Below, piece after piece: positions 49,671-62,480 of a stretch of 64,000 bases of DNA. The position numbers and the translations under genes are program-made. Origin of the DNA: Vicugna vicugna (lineage: Eukaryota); contig MU058791.1 in NCBI GenBank assembly GCA_013265495.1, positions 62,001 to 126,000 on the forward strand, read 5' to 3'. The notes under the pieces are model-generated. The model was given only the letters and a program-made list of their open reading frames with translations, did not search any database and was not told the DNA's origin. Position 1 is the stretch's first letter, and every line of letters starts with the position of its first letter.

Positions 49671-51965
49671 GTGGGGGAGGGGGGAACAGAGCAGGAAGAC
49701 AGGGGCTTGGGGAGGGGGAGGGGCCCCTACAGACAAACCACTTAGGGGGATGTTTTGCTCTGACTCCTGAAAACAGAAACTGGAGGCTATTTTGGTCTTT
49801 GGAAAGTGGTCACTCCAAAGAGTGGGTAGCATTGCTTCGGGCGATGTTTGGGCTGCGGAGCACTGAGAGAAGGCCCGTTTGGCCTGGGAGGCTGGGAAGG
49901 ACTTTCTCCAGGTCATTTCACTCCAAAGCAGGCCACTTCCACGCTCCTCTGAGGGCAGAGGGGCCGCAGAAGGGCTGCCTCGCACTCCCTGGGGCTTCTG
50001 GATGGATGGAGGTTCGATGTTGGCTGTTCCCATCAGGAGCTCAAATTTATCTCCCAGCCTCTCGGGAGTGCCCTGCTTCCGTTCCTGTGGTGGCCTGAGT
50101 GTGGTCACCCAGCCTCTGGGAGGGCTGGCTGAGTGGTCCTGGGAGCAGTCTGGAAGGTTCTGCTGACCTGGCTGGGAGCACACAAGCCTGTGTTATCCTG
50201 GGACTCCCTGAGGACCAACCATTTTGTTTCCTAAGCAGAAAAGAATGGAGGGACAAGCCAGACGGACACTGGAGCCAACTTCTGTCAAGTCATGGCAAAT
50301 ATGTGTGCATTGAAGGGGGGAAAAAAAAAGGAAAGGTAAGAAAGTGTCTTTGTTTTAGATAGTTTAAAACCACAATAGATTTGGTACAACAAAGAACGTG
50401 GGCTTGTCCAGGAAAGGGAGAACATACTCCCAGGTGCTTACTGGTTTCCTAGGGATTACCGTGCTTAAAATCTTGTTGAGACATTTTTGCTACCTGGTAG
50501 AACGTTGCTTTCACTGCATCACTCTCTTGCTCAAGACCTCGTCCCTGCCTGCCAGTTGAGGGCTGCCTTTTGCTGTAGACTAAAGCCTGGGCTCTTTCCC
50601 AGACTTTTAATCCACTTACTTAATTTGATCCAATCCCACCTTTCTACGCTCATCTCTGAATTCCTACCAACACTCAAGGCTGCCTCCTCCAGACAGTCTC
50701 CCAGCTCACCCCGCCCTTCTGCTCACCACCACGCCCCTGCTTTCCTAAAGCACCTCTCTCTTCCCAGAGCCAAACTGCCCCTCCTTCATGATCTGCAACC
50801 CCCTCCCTGATCATGCCAGTTCACACTAGACTCTTACTTCCCCAACTCTGATGTGTAGGCTTTACCACCAAGTTACTGGCTAAATATATATATACTGTCT
50901 TGTGTTTTTTCCTAATTAGCTCTCTAACTGGTTTGTTCCATGGGAGAGGAAGCTTGACGTCAAATTCCTTTGGATTCTCCAGGAGAGCTGGCTTTGGGCT
51001 GGTCTCAGGGAAAACAGATATCCTGCACCATTGTTTGCTAGAGTGCAGGTTTGGTGTGTTGGGTATTGATGTACTGAATCACGGGGTTCCCAACTGTGCC
51101 CCGGGACCACCAGCTGGGTGTGATGTTAATCGTTCTGTCTGCCATATACATGCCTCTTACCATCTTAGACTGGGGACACCCATCCCAGGGGCAGCAGTTT
51201 CTTCCTGTGACCAGTGTTGTTCTGAGTTAAAGACAACTGGCTAAAGTCCAAATAGGACCGGAGAATGAAAGCGGGGTGCGGGGAGGGGGGTACTATCCTT
51301 GCTCTTGATATTTCAATGCTTTGTCTAATGAGGGGAGTATGCAAAGATACATGAGGGACAAGTAAATTAAAATATGCTGAAAGGGGAGGAAAGCAGATGC
51401 CCGAAGAGAAGGGTGTTAGAGTTTGACTTTCTGAGGGGGCCCGGCTTTTCTCACTTGGCCATTTCTGGTTAGTTCGTTTGGACCACAGCGGTTGTCCATT
51501 ATTGCTTTGTGTGTTTAGCTGATCACTCAGATAATAGCGCCTCTCAGACCTGAATGAAGTTGGAATGCTCTCACCAGTAGAGAAGGCTTGTGGGCAGATA
51601 GATGAGACACAGGCAGAAAGTTAAAAACCTGGGTACTCCAGAAACTGCTACCCTTTCTCTTCCAGCTTTGGTGTGTGCACGTCCACACACACCTTTGTTT
51701 GACATGGACGAAATTGACAATCAGTCATATACAAAGACTAGTCTTGTCCCTTATTTTCTTTTGCATTGGTGAAGAACCCTTTTAAAAACTGTCTTATTTT
51801 TGCTATGCAAATAACATGATCAATTTGCGTATATTCAACATGTGGATAACAAAAAGAACACAGTCACCTGAAATCACATCATGCATTCATAACAATTCCT
51901 ACTATTTTGCCAAATGCATTTCAGTTTTTTTGGTTCCATGAATGCATATATACAAACATGGAAAC

Positions 51966-53415
51966 TTTTTTGTTTCCTTTTTTTTTTCATTAAACTATAT
52001 ATAGTCAGTTTACAATGTTGTGTCAATTTCTGGTGTACAGCATAATAGTTCAGTCATATATATACATACATATATTCATTTTCATATTCTTTTTCACCAT
52101 AAGTTACAAGATACTGAATATAGGTCCCTGAGCTGTACAGTATAAACTTGTTGTTTATCTATTTTATATATAGTAGTTAGTATCTGCAAATCTCAAACTC
52201 CCACTTTATCCCTTCTTGTCCCCTTCCCACCCTGGTAACCATAAGTTTGTTTTCTATGTCTGTGAATCTGTTTCTGTTTTGTAAATAAGTTCATTTGTCT
52301 CTTTTTAGATTCCACATGTAAGTGGTATCATATGGTATTTTTCTTTCTCTTTCTGGCTTAGTTCACTTAGGATGATGAGCTTCAGGTCCATCCATGTTGC
52401 TGCAAATGGCATTATTTTATTCTTTTTTATGGCTAAGTAGTATTCCATTGTATAAATATACCACAACTTCTTTATCCAGTCATCTGTTGAAGGACATTTA
52501 GGTTGTTTCTATGTCTTGGCTATTGTAAATAGTGCTGCTATGAACATTGGGGTGCTTGTATCTTTTTGAATTAAAGTTCCCTCTGGATATATGCCCAGGA
52601 GTGGATTGCTGGATTATATGATAAGTCTATTTTTATTTTTTTTTNNNNNNNNNNNNTGATAGGTCTTTTTTATTTTTTTTGAGGACTCTCTATACTGTTT
52701 TCCATGATGGCTGCACCAAACTACATTTCCAAAAACAGTGTAGGAGGGTTCCCTTTTCTCCACACCCTCTCCAGCATTTATTGTTTGTGGACTTTTGAAT
52801 GATGGCCATTCCGATTGCTGAGGTGATACCTCACTATAGTTTTGATTTGCATTTCTCTGATAATTAGTAATATTGAGCATTTTTCATGTGCCTATTGGCC
52901 ATCTGTATGAAACTTCTTTGGAGAATTCCTTGTTTAGGTCTTTTGCCCATTTTTGGATTGGGTTATTTGTTTTTTTCTTATTGAGTTGTATGAGCTATTT
53001 ATATATTTGGGAGATTAAGCCCTTGTCAGTCTCATCTTTTGCAAATATTTTCTCCCATTTCATAGGTTGCCTTTTTATTTTGCTTATGGTTTCCTTTGCT
53101 GTGCAAAAGCTTATAAGTTTAATTAGGTCCTATTTGTTTATTTTTGCTTTTATTTCTGTTGCCTGGGTAGACTGCCCTAGGAGAACATTGCTAAGATTTG
53201 TGTCAGAGAATGTTTTGCCTATGTTTTCTTCTAAGAGCTACAGTGTCTTGTCTTATTTTTAAGTCTTTAAGCCATTTTGAGTTTATTTGTGTGTATGGGG
53301 TGAGGGAGTGTTCTAACTTCATTGATTTATATGCAGCTGTCCAGTTTTCCCAACACCATTTACTGAAGAGACTGCCTTTACTCCATTATTCTTGCCTCCT
53401 TTGTCAAAGATTAAT
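51966..53415 (-). mobile_element. Young L1, 3' (non-inverted) segment
   Basis: Poly-T, 3' UTR and antisense ORF2 C-terminal half (e.g. [25 protein letters not shown]). Confidence 0.93.
52645..52656. other. Assembly gap (12 N)
   Basis: Run of N. Confidence 1.
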
Positions 53416-53980
53416 AGAGTAAAATCATCACTATATGCAGATGACATAATACTATATATAGAAAATCTTAAAGGCTCCACACAAAATCTATTAGAGCTGA
53501 TAAAAGAATTTGGCAATGTAGCAAGATACAAGATTAACATACAAAAATCAGTAGCATTTCTTTACACTAAAAGAAAATGAGTACAATTAAATATCAGAAA
53601 AGGAAAGTAAAGAAACAATCCCTTTTAAAATTGCATCCAAAAAAATAAAATACTTAGGAATAACCCTGACCAAGGAAGTGAAAGACTTACACGCGGAGAA
53701 CTACAAAGCACTGAGGAAATTAAAGATGACTTAAAGCCATGGGAAGGTATCCCATGTTCTTGGGTTGGAAGAATTAATATTGTTTAAATGGCCATACTAC
53801 CCAAAGCCATCTACAGATTTAATGCTATCCCTATCAAATGGCATTTTTTCACAGAACTGGAACAAAATATTTTTTTTAATTTGTATAGGAACACATAAGA
53901 CCCTGAAGAGCCAAAACAATCTTGAGAAAGAACAGGTCAGGAGGATTTACACTCCCTGGCTTCCAACTATACTACAAAGA
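53416..53980 (+). mobile_element. L1 ORF2 reverse-transcriptase segment, inverted relative to the adjoining 3' part
   Basis: [49 protein letters not shown] (YADD at 53434-53445); ends near ctatactacaaag (LYYK). Confidence 0.93.
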
Positions 53981-54279
53981 GCATCGTTCTTAATGAAATA
54001 AATATATCCACTAGAGGGCTGATTTTTTTTCTTTCCTTTTTGTTTGTTTGTTTTTAGCAACTCTTACAAATCAACTACATTGAGCCTGTCTAAGTAAAAT
54101 TCAGATGCACCTGACTGCTTGGGGAACTGCAGCCTTGGACACAGACCATTACCTGAGGGAATGCTGGATAAAGGACAAGAGAGAGTGTCCATGTGGGAAG
54201 GACGAGTGAGTGTCCTTGTCACATGTTTCAGGAAAGTGACATGACTGCTCTGTGTGGTTCCCATCCATTCCTCCGTCCG

Positions 54280-54432
54280 CATTGGTGGTACCCTGGTAAA
54301 CCAGCTCTCCAAGGGGGAAAAATTGAGCCTGATTTACAGCATTTGCTGATTTCCATGGCCGATTTCAAGCTACCAACATTTTACAACTGGCTCACCACGT
54401 TCCTGACTATTTAACAATCAGCTCCTTCCTCA
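54280..54432 (-). mobile_element. MER63-like hAT DNA transposon
   Basis: gcctgatttacagcatttgctgatttccatggccgatttcaagctaccaac. Confidence 0.75.
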
Positions 54433-54879
54433 AGAACATCTCAGTGGTTGCTTTTACAATCTGTTATTAAAGCTGGTATTCAGGGGCCACCCCATCTCAC
54501 CTGTTTATTGTGATGGGCACACAGGAAAAACTGCTTCTCACTATTACGTATACGTTAGGCACCCCCGAAATCATTTTACGATCACGGCAGTGGACGGCTA
54601 ACACCTTGAAGGGCAGGCTAAGTTGTCTTTTCTGCGCTTGCTGGCGCAGACGCTGGGCTGTACCTAGATGCTCTCGAGAGGTTTCTGGCAGGCTCATTCC
54701 TTTGTTGAGAAAAACTGGGGTCCTGCTGCTTGGGGAACAGTGGCTTTTGTTTGAGAAAGAGAATATTTGTCAGATCCCTTAATTTTCACAACAGTGTATC
54801 CATTCTGGGAGCTGGCATCAGGTAACTAAGGAATAGAAAGAAAACGTTTATGGGCTGTACACACACTTCCTGTTCCAGA

Positions 54880-55075
54880 TCAGTGTCTCAAACTTCCGTG
54901 GGCATCACCACCACCGAAGCAGTTTCCAAAATGTTGATTTTGAGCCCTTCCCTCCCAGTAGTCTGATTCAGTGGGCTTGGGTCCATCCAAGAATCTACAT
55001 TTTATCAGCAGTTCAGCTGAATGTGATGCAAGTTCAGGGGGGTGGGGTGGGGGGGGCATACTCAGAGGCCCTGGT
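54880..55075 (+). mobile_element. MER5-like DNA transposon, degraded
   Basis: ctcaaactt...gcatcacca...gtctgattcagtgggcttggg...ccaagaatctacattttatca. Confidence 0.6.
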
Positions 55076-55727
55076 CTTGCCTCCTCTGACTCTCACCCTT
55101 GTACTAAGGTTGGTGATCAGACGGGAATATGCGCAGACCTGTGGCGTCCTCCTTACTTAGCTGCAAGTCAGTATTCCACGCCCTTGGCTTTTTATCAAGG
55201 GCCCATACAAGAGCCAGCCACGTGAATAAATGTATGTTTTTGCTCTTGCTTGGATTTAATAACACATTCCTTTTAGAGTTTAATTTTAGTGAGAAAAAAC
55301 TCTTCTTTATTATCTGAAGACGAAGCCATCACATTTTTTTAGCCCCCAAGATGCTCAGAATGAACTAAATTTGGTGTTTAATCACAATACTTGCCCACCC
55401 CTGGTTCCTGGTATAATTACGACCATCTTTTTTCTCCACAGTTTCTGGTGTCTAAGCTTTTATTTTAAGAAGATGCCTCAAATCCTTTTGGAAGTACAAA
55501 ATGTGTAACAAAGCAAAATATAGATGAAACAGAGGGCGATTTATTAGATATCATTATACCAACAAGGGACATAATTTATCTCTTGGTACACCCATAGCTG
55601 TAGACCAGTAAAGGACTTCATAGCACAGTTTTCCCTACCACGTCTTCTGTCTTTTAACGTCCAATTCCCTTCTCTCCTACCTTCATTAGAATAGGGCTGA
55701 CCGTTCCTCCAACAAAACTGTCAGCAC

Positions 55728-55988
55728 AGCCATGGACTGAATGTTCATGTTTCTCCCCTTTCATAGGTTACAGTCCTAACTCCCAGGGTGACGGTGTTTG
55801 GAGGTGGGACCTTTGGGAGGTGATTAGGTCCTCAAGGGGGTTAGACCTGGTAAGAAGGGGAGTTAGGTGAGGTCGTAAAGGTGAGATTCTCGTGGTAACA
55901 GTTAGTGGCCTTACAAGAAGAGGAAGGGACGGAGGCACTGGCCGCCCAGTCAGTGGTATTTTGTGATGGCGGCCTGAACTAAAGCCAA
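55728..55988 (+). mobile_element. MLT1A/B-like MaLR LTR, internally deleted
   Basis: atggactgaatgtt...gtcctaactcccagggtgacggtgtttggaggtgggacctttgggaggtgattagg...tggtattttgtgatggcggcctgaac. Confidence 0.8.
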
Positions 55989-56745
55989 CAGCATCTATGA
56001 GCACCTACTGTATACCCGGGAGTCTGGGCTGCCCTTTGTCTGGCAAGGGGAAAGATTGGGCAGATCTCTAAGACTGGACGAGTTAACTTTTACACCCCCT
56101 ACGCCCAGAAGGACTGGTCTTTGTGGCTTTTTCTGACAAACACCGTTTCCTAAGTGTGAAAACGTCCCAGGAGAAAGTGCGACCCTTCCTCCCACAGAGA
56201 AGAACCCCCCAGTCCCGCCCAGCTCACGGGCTCTGCCCCCATCGCCTGGCTCTCACACGGTGGTGGGCGAGCTCCTCAAAGGCCCCTCGCCTGAGCCTGA
56301 GCTTCTGTGAACCGCTGCCTTCCTCATCGGCATGGCCGAGGCTCCGAGCCACCGGCAGGGCCTTTACTTTTTAACTTCGAGTCACCCAAGTTTTCTCAGC
56401 CAATTTGACCAGCGGATCCCTCCCTTTTAATTTTTACTTTCTGAATAATGCCTGAGACAGTCAGAGTCACAGGGTTGGCTCAAGACCTGCCTTCTCTGAG
56501 CGCTCTCCTCCCAGAGGGGGCTCCGTTTCCCACGCCCACGTGGACCTCAGCTGCCCCTCCGAAGGCTTCCCCACTGAAAGAAATGCTTGTTTTTGTTTTT
56601 AAGTCCAACAGAGATGATTCTAGAACTCTAAGGCAGTTATAATGAGGCCAGTCATTAGATCTTAGAAAGGGCCAGGGCAGTCTATAGGTGGGAGGTATCT
56701 TGAAAAACAAAATGGTTGGAAGGAAATACTAGAGATTTAAAAGTC

Positions 56746-56893
56746 GGGGGGTGGGGTGTGGTATAGCTCAGTGGTAGGGTACATGCCTAGCATGCACAAG
56801 GTCCAGGGTTCAATCCCCAGTACCTCCATTAAAAATAAATACATACATAAACCTGATTATCTCCTCCCCTCAAAAAATGTTAAAAAATAAAAT
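56746..56893 (+). mobile_element. tRNA-Ala-derived SINE (vic-1-like), long form
   Basis: gtatagctcagtggtagggtacatgcctagcatgcacaaggtccagggttcaatccccagtacctcc...aacctgattatctcctcccc plus A-tail. Confidence 0.9.
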
Positions 56894-56904
56894 AAGTCTG
56901 TGAA

Positions 56905-57105
56905 AGGGGGGATGGGAAGTGGGGAGCTGTTTAATGGGTACAGAGCTTCAGTCCTACATGATGAAAAAATTCTGGAGATCGGTTGCACGACAATGTGCAC
57001 CTATCTCACACCGCTGAACTGGACAGGACATGTGAAAATGATTAAGATGCTGCATGTCACGTGCTGTGTTTTTTTAGTTTTTTTTTAAAAACACAATTAC
57101 AAAAG
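56905..57105 (+). mobile_element. L1MB-like 3' end fragment
   Basis: tggggagctgtttaatgggtacagagcttcagt...gatgaaaaaattctggagatcggttgcacgacaatgtg. Confidence 0.8.
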
Positions 57106-58696
57106 GAAAAAGTCTAAGAAAGGTTGGGGGAAGGATGGGTAGGGGCAGGGAGCACACATATCTGGAAAGCTAATGCTTAAACTTGAGTGTTGTAATAAAA
57201 TTACCTGCATCCAGTGTATAACGACACCAAGAGCATCTGTCTCTCTCATTTGTGTTTTCTCTCTGTTTCCCCGTTTTCTCTCATCATGTTGATATGTAGA
57301 ACCTGCTGGGAGACTAGACCAAAACTAAGGTGTCCAGACAGCCGACAGTCACAGTCATTTTGGCCACTTTTTTTTCAGGAGACCCAGGGCTGCCAGCCTT
57401 TTTTTTTTTTTCCGCTAGTCCTCAAGGCATCTCCAATAGCTAGAGAATTCTTGAATCCCGCCAATGCTAAGTCACTGCTTCAGGCCCAAGGTTAATGGAT
57501 GGGGGAAGAATTAATTAATTGATTCACTGCTGGGTCAGAGCCAGGTCTTTGTTTATGCTGAATTGCGCTTTGGACTCAAAAGTTCTGCCAGAAAAACCTG
57601 TGACAAGGCCATCCGATGTGAGATTGGGGTAATCAATGGAAAACAGGCTTTCCTATACTGTTTCTAGACTCCACCTGAGAAGGGGTATGGGTCCTTTCCT
57701 TCATATGCAACTGAAAATGCTCAGTGTCTGATGAGATTTGAGCTGTAGGCAATAGTAATTAATCTTACGATAACTAACATTCTATATCCTATTTGACATT
57801 TTACAATCCCTTCTACCTGAATCATCTCACATGGTCCTGGCAAAAACCACTGAAGGCGGGTCCTAGAATCTCCCTTGCATCAGCAAGGGTCCTTGCCTGC
57901 CTGAGTAGTGTAGTGGTTTGTCTGAGTTACAGAAGCAGTGATGGGAGTTAGGGCTTGAGCACTGTGATTTCAGCAATCCGGGCAGGAGGCGGCTTGGTGG
58001 TCACAGGTAGTGTAGACCTAAGAAGAATTTTGCTTATGGAGGGGGCCCACATACAAACCCTGCGCGAGTTCTGACTTCCTGTTTGACCGCACAAATCCAT
58101 CAGGCTCGACTGTTCTCAAGGATCTCCCGAGGCCACGTGGGCTACTCGCCGCAGCTCCCCTGTGAATGTGGTTGAAATCTTGGAGGGCAATTTCTGTAGT
58201 TCTGGTGAGCCTTCATGTTCCCAGAGTGAGGGCCAGCACAGAGAGCATGCTTCTTTTTGGTCCGGAAGCGCACGCTGCCAGCTCTCCCCTAGGAGGGCCT
58301 CCCAGGGCCCAAGGCCAGTGACGTAGGTGATGCAGACGCTGCAGGCGGGCTTTTGCCCTGCGAACCCGCTTAGCTCCACGGCGTCCACGGTGAGAAGCGG
58401 CTGGGTTTGCCGGCCGGTCTGGTGGTGGAGCCGGGCTGTGTGTGAACAAGGACCGCCCAGAATCAGTCCTGCTCTCACCGCGGGGTGGGGGGTGGGCAAG
58501 GTGCAGGAGGGACAAGGAGAAACCACACAGCCCATCGCTAAAGACTTCAGTCTTTTCGGTCCGCCTCTGGGTGCTTCCTCTTTCCTCATTCCTGCCCTAG
58601 CAGGAAGGAGAAGGATAGAGTTCCTCCTCGAGTCCAATTCTTGTGAGAGTGACCTTAGGTGCTAAATGTAATGACTACAAACCTCAACTTCCCCAT

Positions 58697-58782
58697 GTTG
58701 TTTTAAATGGAGGTACTGGGGATTGAGCCCAGGACCTGGTGCGTGCTAAGCGTGCACCCTGCCACTGAGCTACACCTGCCCT
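58697..58782 (-). mobile_element. tRNA-Ala-derived SINE (vic-1-like), short form
   Basis: atggaggtactggggattgagcccaggacctggtgcgtgctaagcgtgcaccctgccactgagctacac; TSD CCTCAACTTCCCCAT / CCTCAGTCTCCCCAT. Confidence 0.88.
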
Positions 58783-58908
58783 CCTCAGTCTCCCCATTTC
58801 TGATCCTTCCTTAACATGACATACTTGGAACCTTTTGATTTGTCACCATCTTCTTTTTTACTCTCTTACAACATCCCCCCCCAGTGCACATTACACATGG
58901 ACACAGTA

Positions 58909-59269
58909 AACTACAGATGGAATGCCCGTGTCCCCCCCAAAATTCATATGTTGAGACCTAACCTGCAATGGGATGGTGTTAGAAGATGAGGCGCTTTGTG
59001 AGGAATGAGGTCGTGAGGGTGGAGCCTTCATAATGGGACCAGTGCCCTTATAAGAGGCCCCAGAGAGCCCCCTGCCCCTCCACCATGTGAAGACACGAAG
59101 AAGGTGGCCATCTGTGGACCAGGAATCAGGCCCGCCCCCCCACCAGGCACAGAATCTGCGGGAGCCCTGGCCTTGGACTTCTAGCCTCCAGAGCTGTGAG
59201 AAGTAAACTCCTCTTGTTAGGCTGTCAGTCCATGGTATCTTCCTGTAACAGCCTGAATGAACTAAGACA
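58909..59269 (+). mobile_element. Full-length MLT1A-like MaLR solo LTR
   Basis: gtgtcccccccaaaattcatatgttga...ccttggacttctagcctccagagctgtgaga...gaactaagaca; 5-bp TSD CAGTA at 58904-58908 and 59270-59274. Confidence 0.9.
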
Positions 59270-61344
59270 CAGTAGACATTTGAGGTTCCCCCACCCCCAA
59301 TGTCGTGTTTGTTCTCATCTTTGTTGCTTGCTCTTGATAATCTTTGCTCTGCCTGGAATGTTGCCACCCCAACCCCGACCGGTCGAATTCTCACTTCTCT
59401 TTTAAGATCTGTTCAAAAGACCCCTCACTCTTCTGCACTCCCACAGAACTCGGCATGTACTCGTGTTAACAGCATCTGCCAAATTTCACCAGGTTATTTC
59501 CCCCACTCCCAATCAGGGCTGTATTCATTAGAATAGTTTGGGTCCCAAGTACAGAACTTAGATCCTTGAGGGCAAATATTACATCTTTGCCCCTTCCTCA
59601 CCCAAAAGCTAGCTGATGATGTATAAAGTGATTAGATAAAGTAATCTTGAGATGTCAAATATTTAAATACAAATTTTCTTTGATAAAATATTTTTCTTTG
59701 TTAATTATATTACAATTAATCTAGAGTGTTTTGCCAATATAAATGATCCTAAATGAACTTGGTACATTTTTGTTATGCTTTTTTTACTGAAAAAAAAAAC
59801 TTTCATTAGTATTATACGTAAGGCTTTTGGTGCACTTACGCCTGCAAAATTAATTGCAGTTTTTGTAAAGTGCACCTAAGAACGGAGAATTTCTTATTAA
59901 GAAAAAGAAACAGCCTGCAAGAGGTAGAGATTTTATTGTCCAGCATATGGTAATCTGCCTCGAGAAAATTCTCCAATTTATGAGGGGGGGTTCTGACCGA
60001 GTGCCAGAGCACTTCCCTGACAAACGTTCCTATAATATTAAGTAGGAAAAAGTTTCCTGACTTGAATTTGATTCTCAAGGATTTAAAGATGTTTTCTTTG
60101 CAACCATGGCGATGGACAAAACTGGAAACTATTAAAAGGCAAATTAAACCTTGAGAAGAGGAATAACATATTCATTAGGAGCAAAACATATCCATTTGTC
60201 AACATTTGAATCCCCTCAGAATCTGTGGTTTTAAGAAGGCAACCCCTACGGCCAAGTCTTTGACTTTGGAGTAACTTTGGCTGGAGAGGACACCTCTCTG
60301 TTTCTAAGCAGAACTTGACTTTGAGGTGAGTTGTTCTAGTCAGAGAAGAAGATTCTGTCTCTGTTCCCAGGGTGAAGATGTCTCAATGAATCACAATGTT
60401 TACAGCCAACAAACTTCCCAACACTGCAAGTGCTGGGCACTTGGTCGGTGTTCAAGAAATAGTTGCTAACTTAGGTAGACCAGATGTCCTGTGGGACATT
60501 AAAAACACTAAAACTGTTACTTTCTTAACTTTGTGGATTTCAACCAGCTATTGATGCATTTTGGTCTACATGGATCTGCTGCTCCTTCGCCTTTGTTCTC
60601 TCTCTTTTTTGATCAGTGGGATTCTTGCTAACACTAAACCCCAAGAAGAAGGCTGAGCCTGGTTTTCCTACCTCTCCTATGAGCGATGGAACATCTTCAC
60701 ATGCCAGTGCTCTTGCCCGTCTCTCCACCCCAACTCCATTCACCCTTTCTTGGCTGAACTTTCCAGCCTTAATTGCTAAAAAATCACGGTGAACACCCAT
60801 AGGCGCCCCTTTCTACCTCTCTCCCTGCAGTGATTTGGCAGTTACCAAGTTAAGATCTTGCCTCTTAATATAGCAATAACTGATGTCTATTCCCCTGAAA
60901 ACTGTGAAGAGGCAATCTGCTTCCTTTCTGAATTGTCATCACAAGCACAAGTAGACCAATTTTCACAAGCACAAGAAATTTCAGTGCCCATTTCCCACCT
61001 GACACCATGGCCTCAGCATAGTTCCCACTGCTTTTGGTCCTGGAAGTGGCTCTAGGGATTAATGAGACAGAGTGGCAGTGTGCAGAGAATGTTCTGCTAA
61101 AGAAGAGGGTCAAAACCCCTTCCCAGGAGATGTAGCCTGTATCCTCTAGGGAATAAATGTTTCTTGGAGGATGAGAAGAGGATGATCATTGAAGCTCATG
61201 TCTTCAGCCTTTTTCTCTTACGATGTGGGAAGTTTGTTGGTGGTTTTCTTGACATGAAATCTGTGACTGAGACATTCTTCTTATAAAGGCCACTTGTATT
61301 TTCTGGGCACGGCACCTGAAGGGAGGCCATTGAAGAGATGTGTT

Positions 61345-61500
61345 GGTGCCTTTATCTTTCTGAGTCGCAGTTTCATCAACAAACTGGAGGTGACAGTGAT
61401 CACACTAATAATTTACTTAAAGCTCTGTTGGGAGCTGTAAGAGATGATGCAGGGAAAGTTCTTTGCAGCTGCCTGGAACACACCAAGTGCTCAATGAACG
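61345..61500. mobile_element. MIR fragment
   Basis: tctttctgagtcgcagtttcatcaacaaactggagg...gcctggaacacaccaagtgctcaat. Confidence 0.55.
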
Positions 61501-61644
61501 GCCACTTTGGAAGGTTGGTTCTCCCAAGTCCTTCCTCACTGTCACAGGCTTCTTGTGCGATTCCTCACTCTCCTTCGAGGCTGAAACTCCCTGTTGTGGC
61601 CCACCTGGGGATCCTACTCTGTGACCTCATGGCCTTCATGGAAA

Positions 61645-61860
61645 TAATAATGACCACTAATGTTAATTCAACACCTGTTCTGTACCAGGTATGATCGAAA
61701 TGCTTAATAAGCATCCACTCACTTAATCCTTGTCACTCTGCAGCAAGACGGAAGTACAATTATTTCTGACTCACATATGAGAAACTGAGGCATCGGGGTG
61801 CTTTATCTTGCTGCCTAGCTGTTGCAACCCAGAAAGCAAGCCGCTGGGCTCGGAGATCAG
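61645..61860. mobile_element. MIR fragment, opposite orientation to the 61345 copy
   Basis: ctcacttaatcct...acatatgagaaactgaggc. Confidence 0.6.
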
Positions 61861-62480
61861 GCTTTGGGGTATCCCTTCAGTGACACCTTTAACTGTGAAG
61901 TCTTTCACGGAGCTGATTGGAAAAAAAAAATCCAACAACTATTTGTAACACCTTTTTGAGGAAAGCGTGTGTGATTTCCAAAAGCCAATGAACCCATGAA
62001 CTTTTGGAATGATGTTCTTCTGTCCGGGCTGGGCTGCTGATAAGGCGGTGGGGAATGGGGCCCCTGGCTGTCTGTTTGGGGTGAGCTCTGTTGATAGGTC
62101 GTCCTCTCCACCCTCACCCAGAGCTGGAACTAAAGTGCTCATTTTCCACATGTCCAGGGTGTCATTCTTCTAAGTCAGTGGGTCTGGCAGGCTCCCAGCA
62201 ATTACTTTATGCTTTTGGACAATCCACTCAGACTGGCCTAGTTTCCAGTGGCTTCCTACACATCACTCTCCAGAGGCAGTCATGCTGTTTCCAGTGCTGG
62301 CTCCCGGATGGGAGGTCCACTTACAGACTGGATCTTTGGGTTATCAACTATTTTAACTGTTACTTGTCACTTGGGTGAATACATTGTCTATGTTCTTTTG
62401 ACATGTTAGCAGCAGGGAGATGGAACAGCAATTTCCTCTTTTCTGTTTCTTTTCTGTTAAGTGCCTGCTTATAAGGAATT

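Noticed and set aside
49569..50183. Overlapping 204-aa and 168-aa ORFs; likewise 41014..41517, 58116..58637 and 58891..59394
   Set aside because: These lie in GC-rich or repeat-derived sequence (MER5A, MLT1A) where stops are rare. There is no recognisable domain or consistent exon structure.
53392..53580. Reverse transcriptase (YADD) as a novel RT system
   Set aside because: It is an ordinary fragment of L1 ORF2, with stops and frameshifts downstream.
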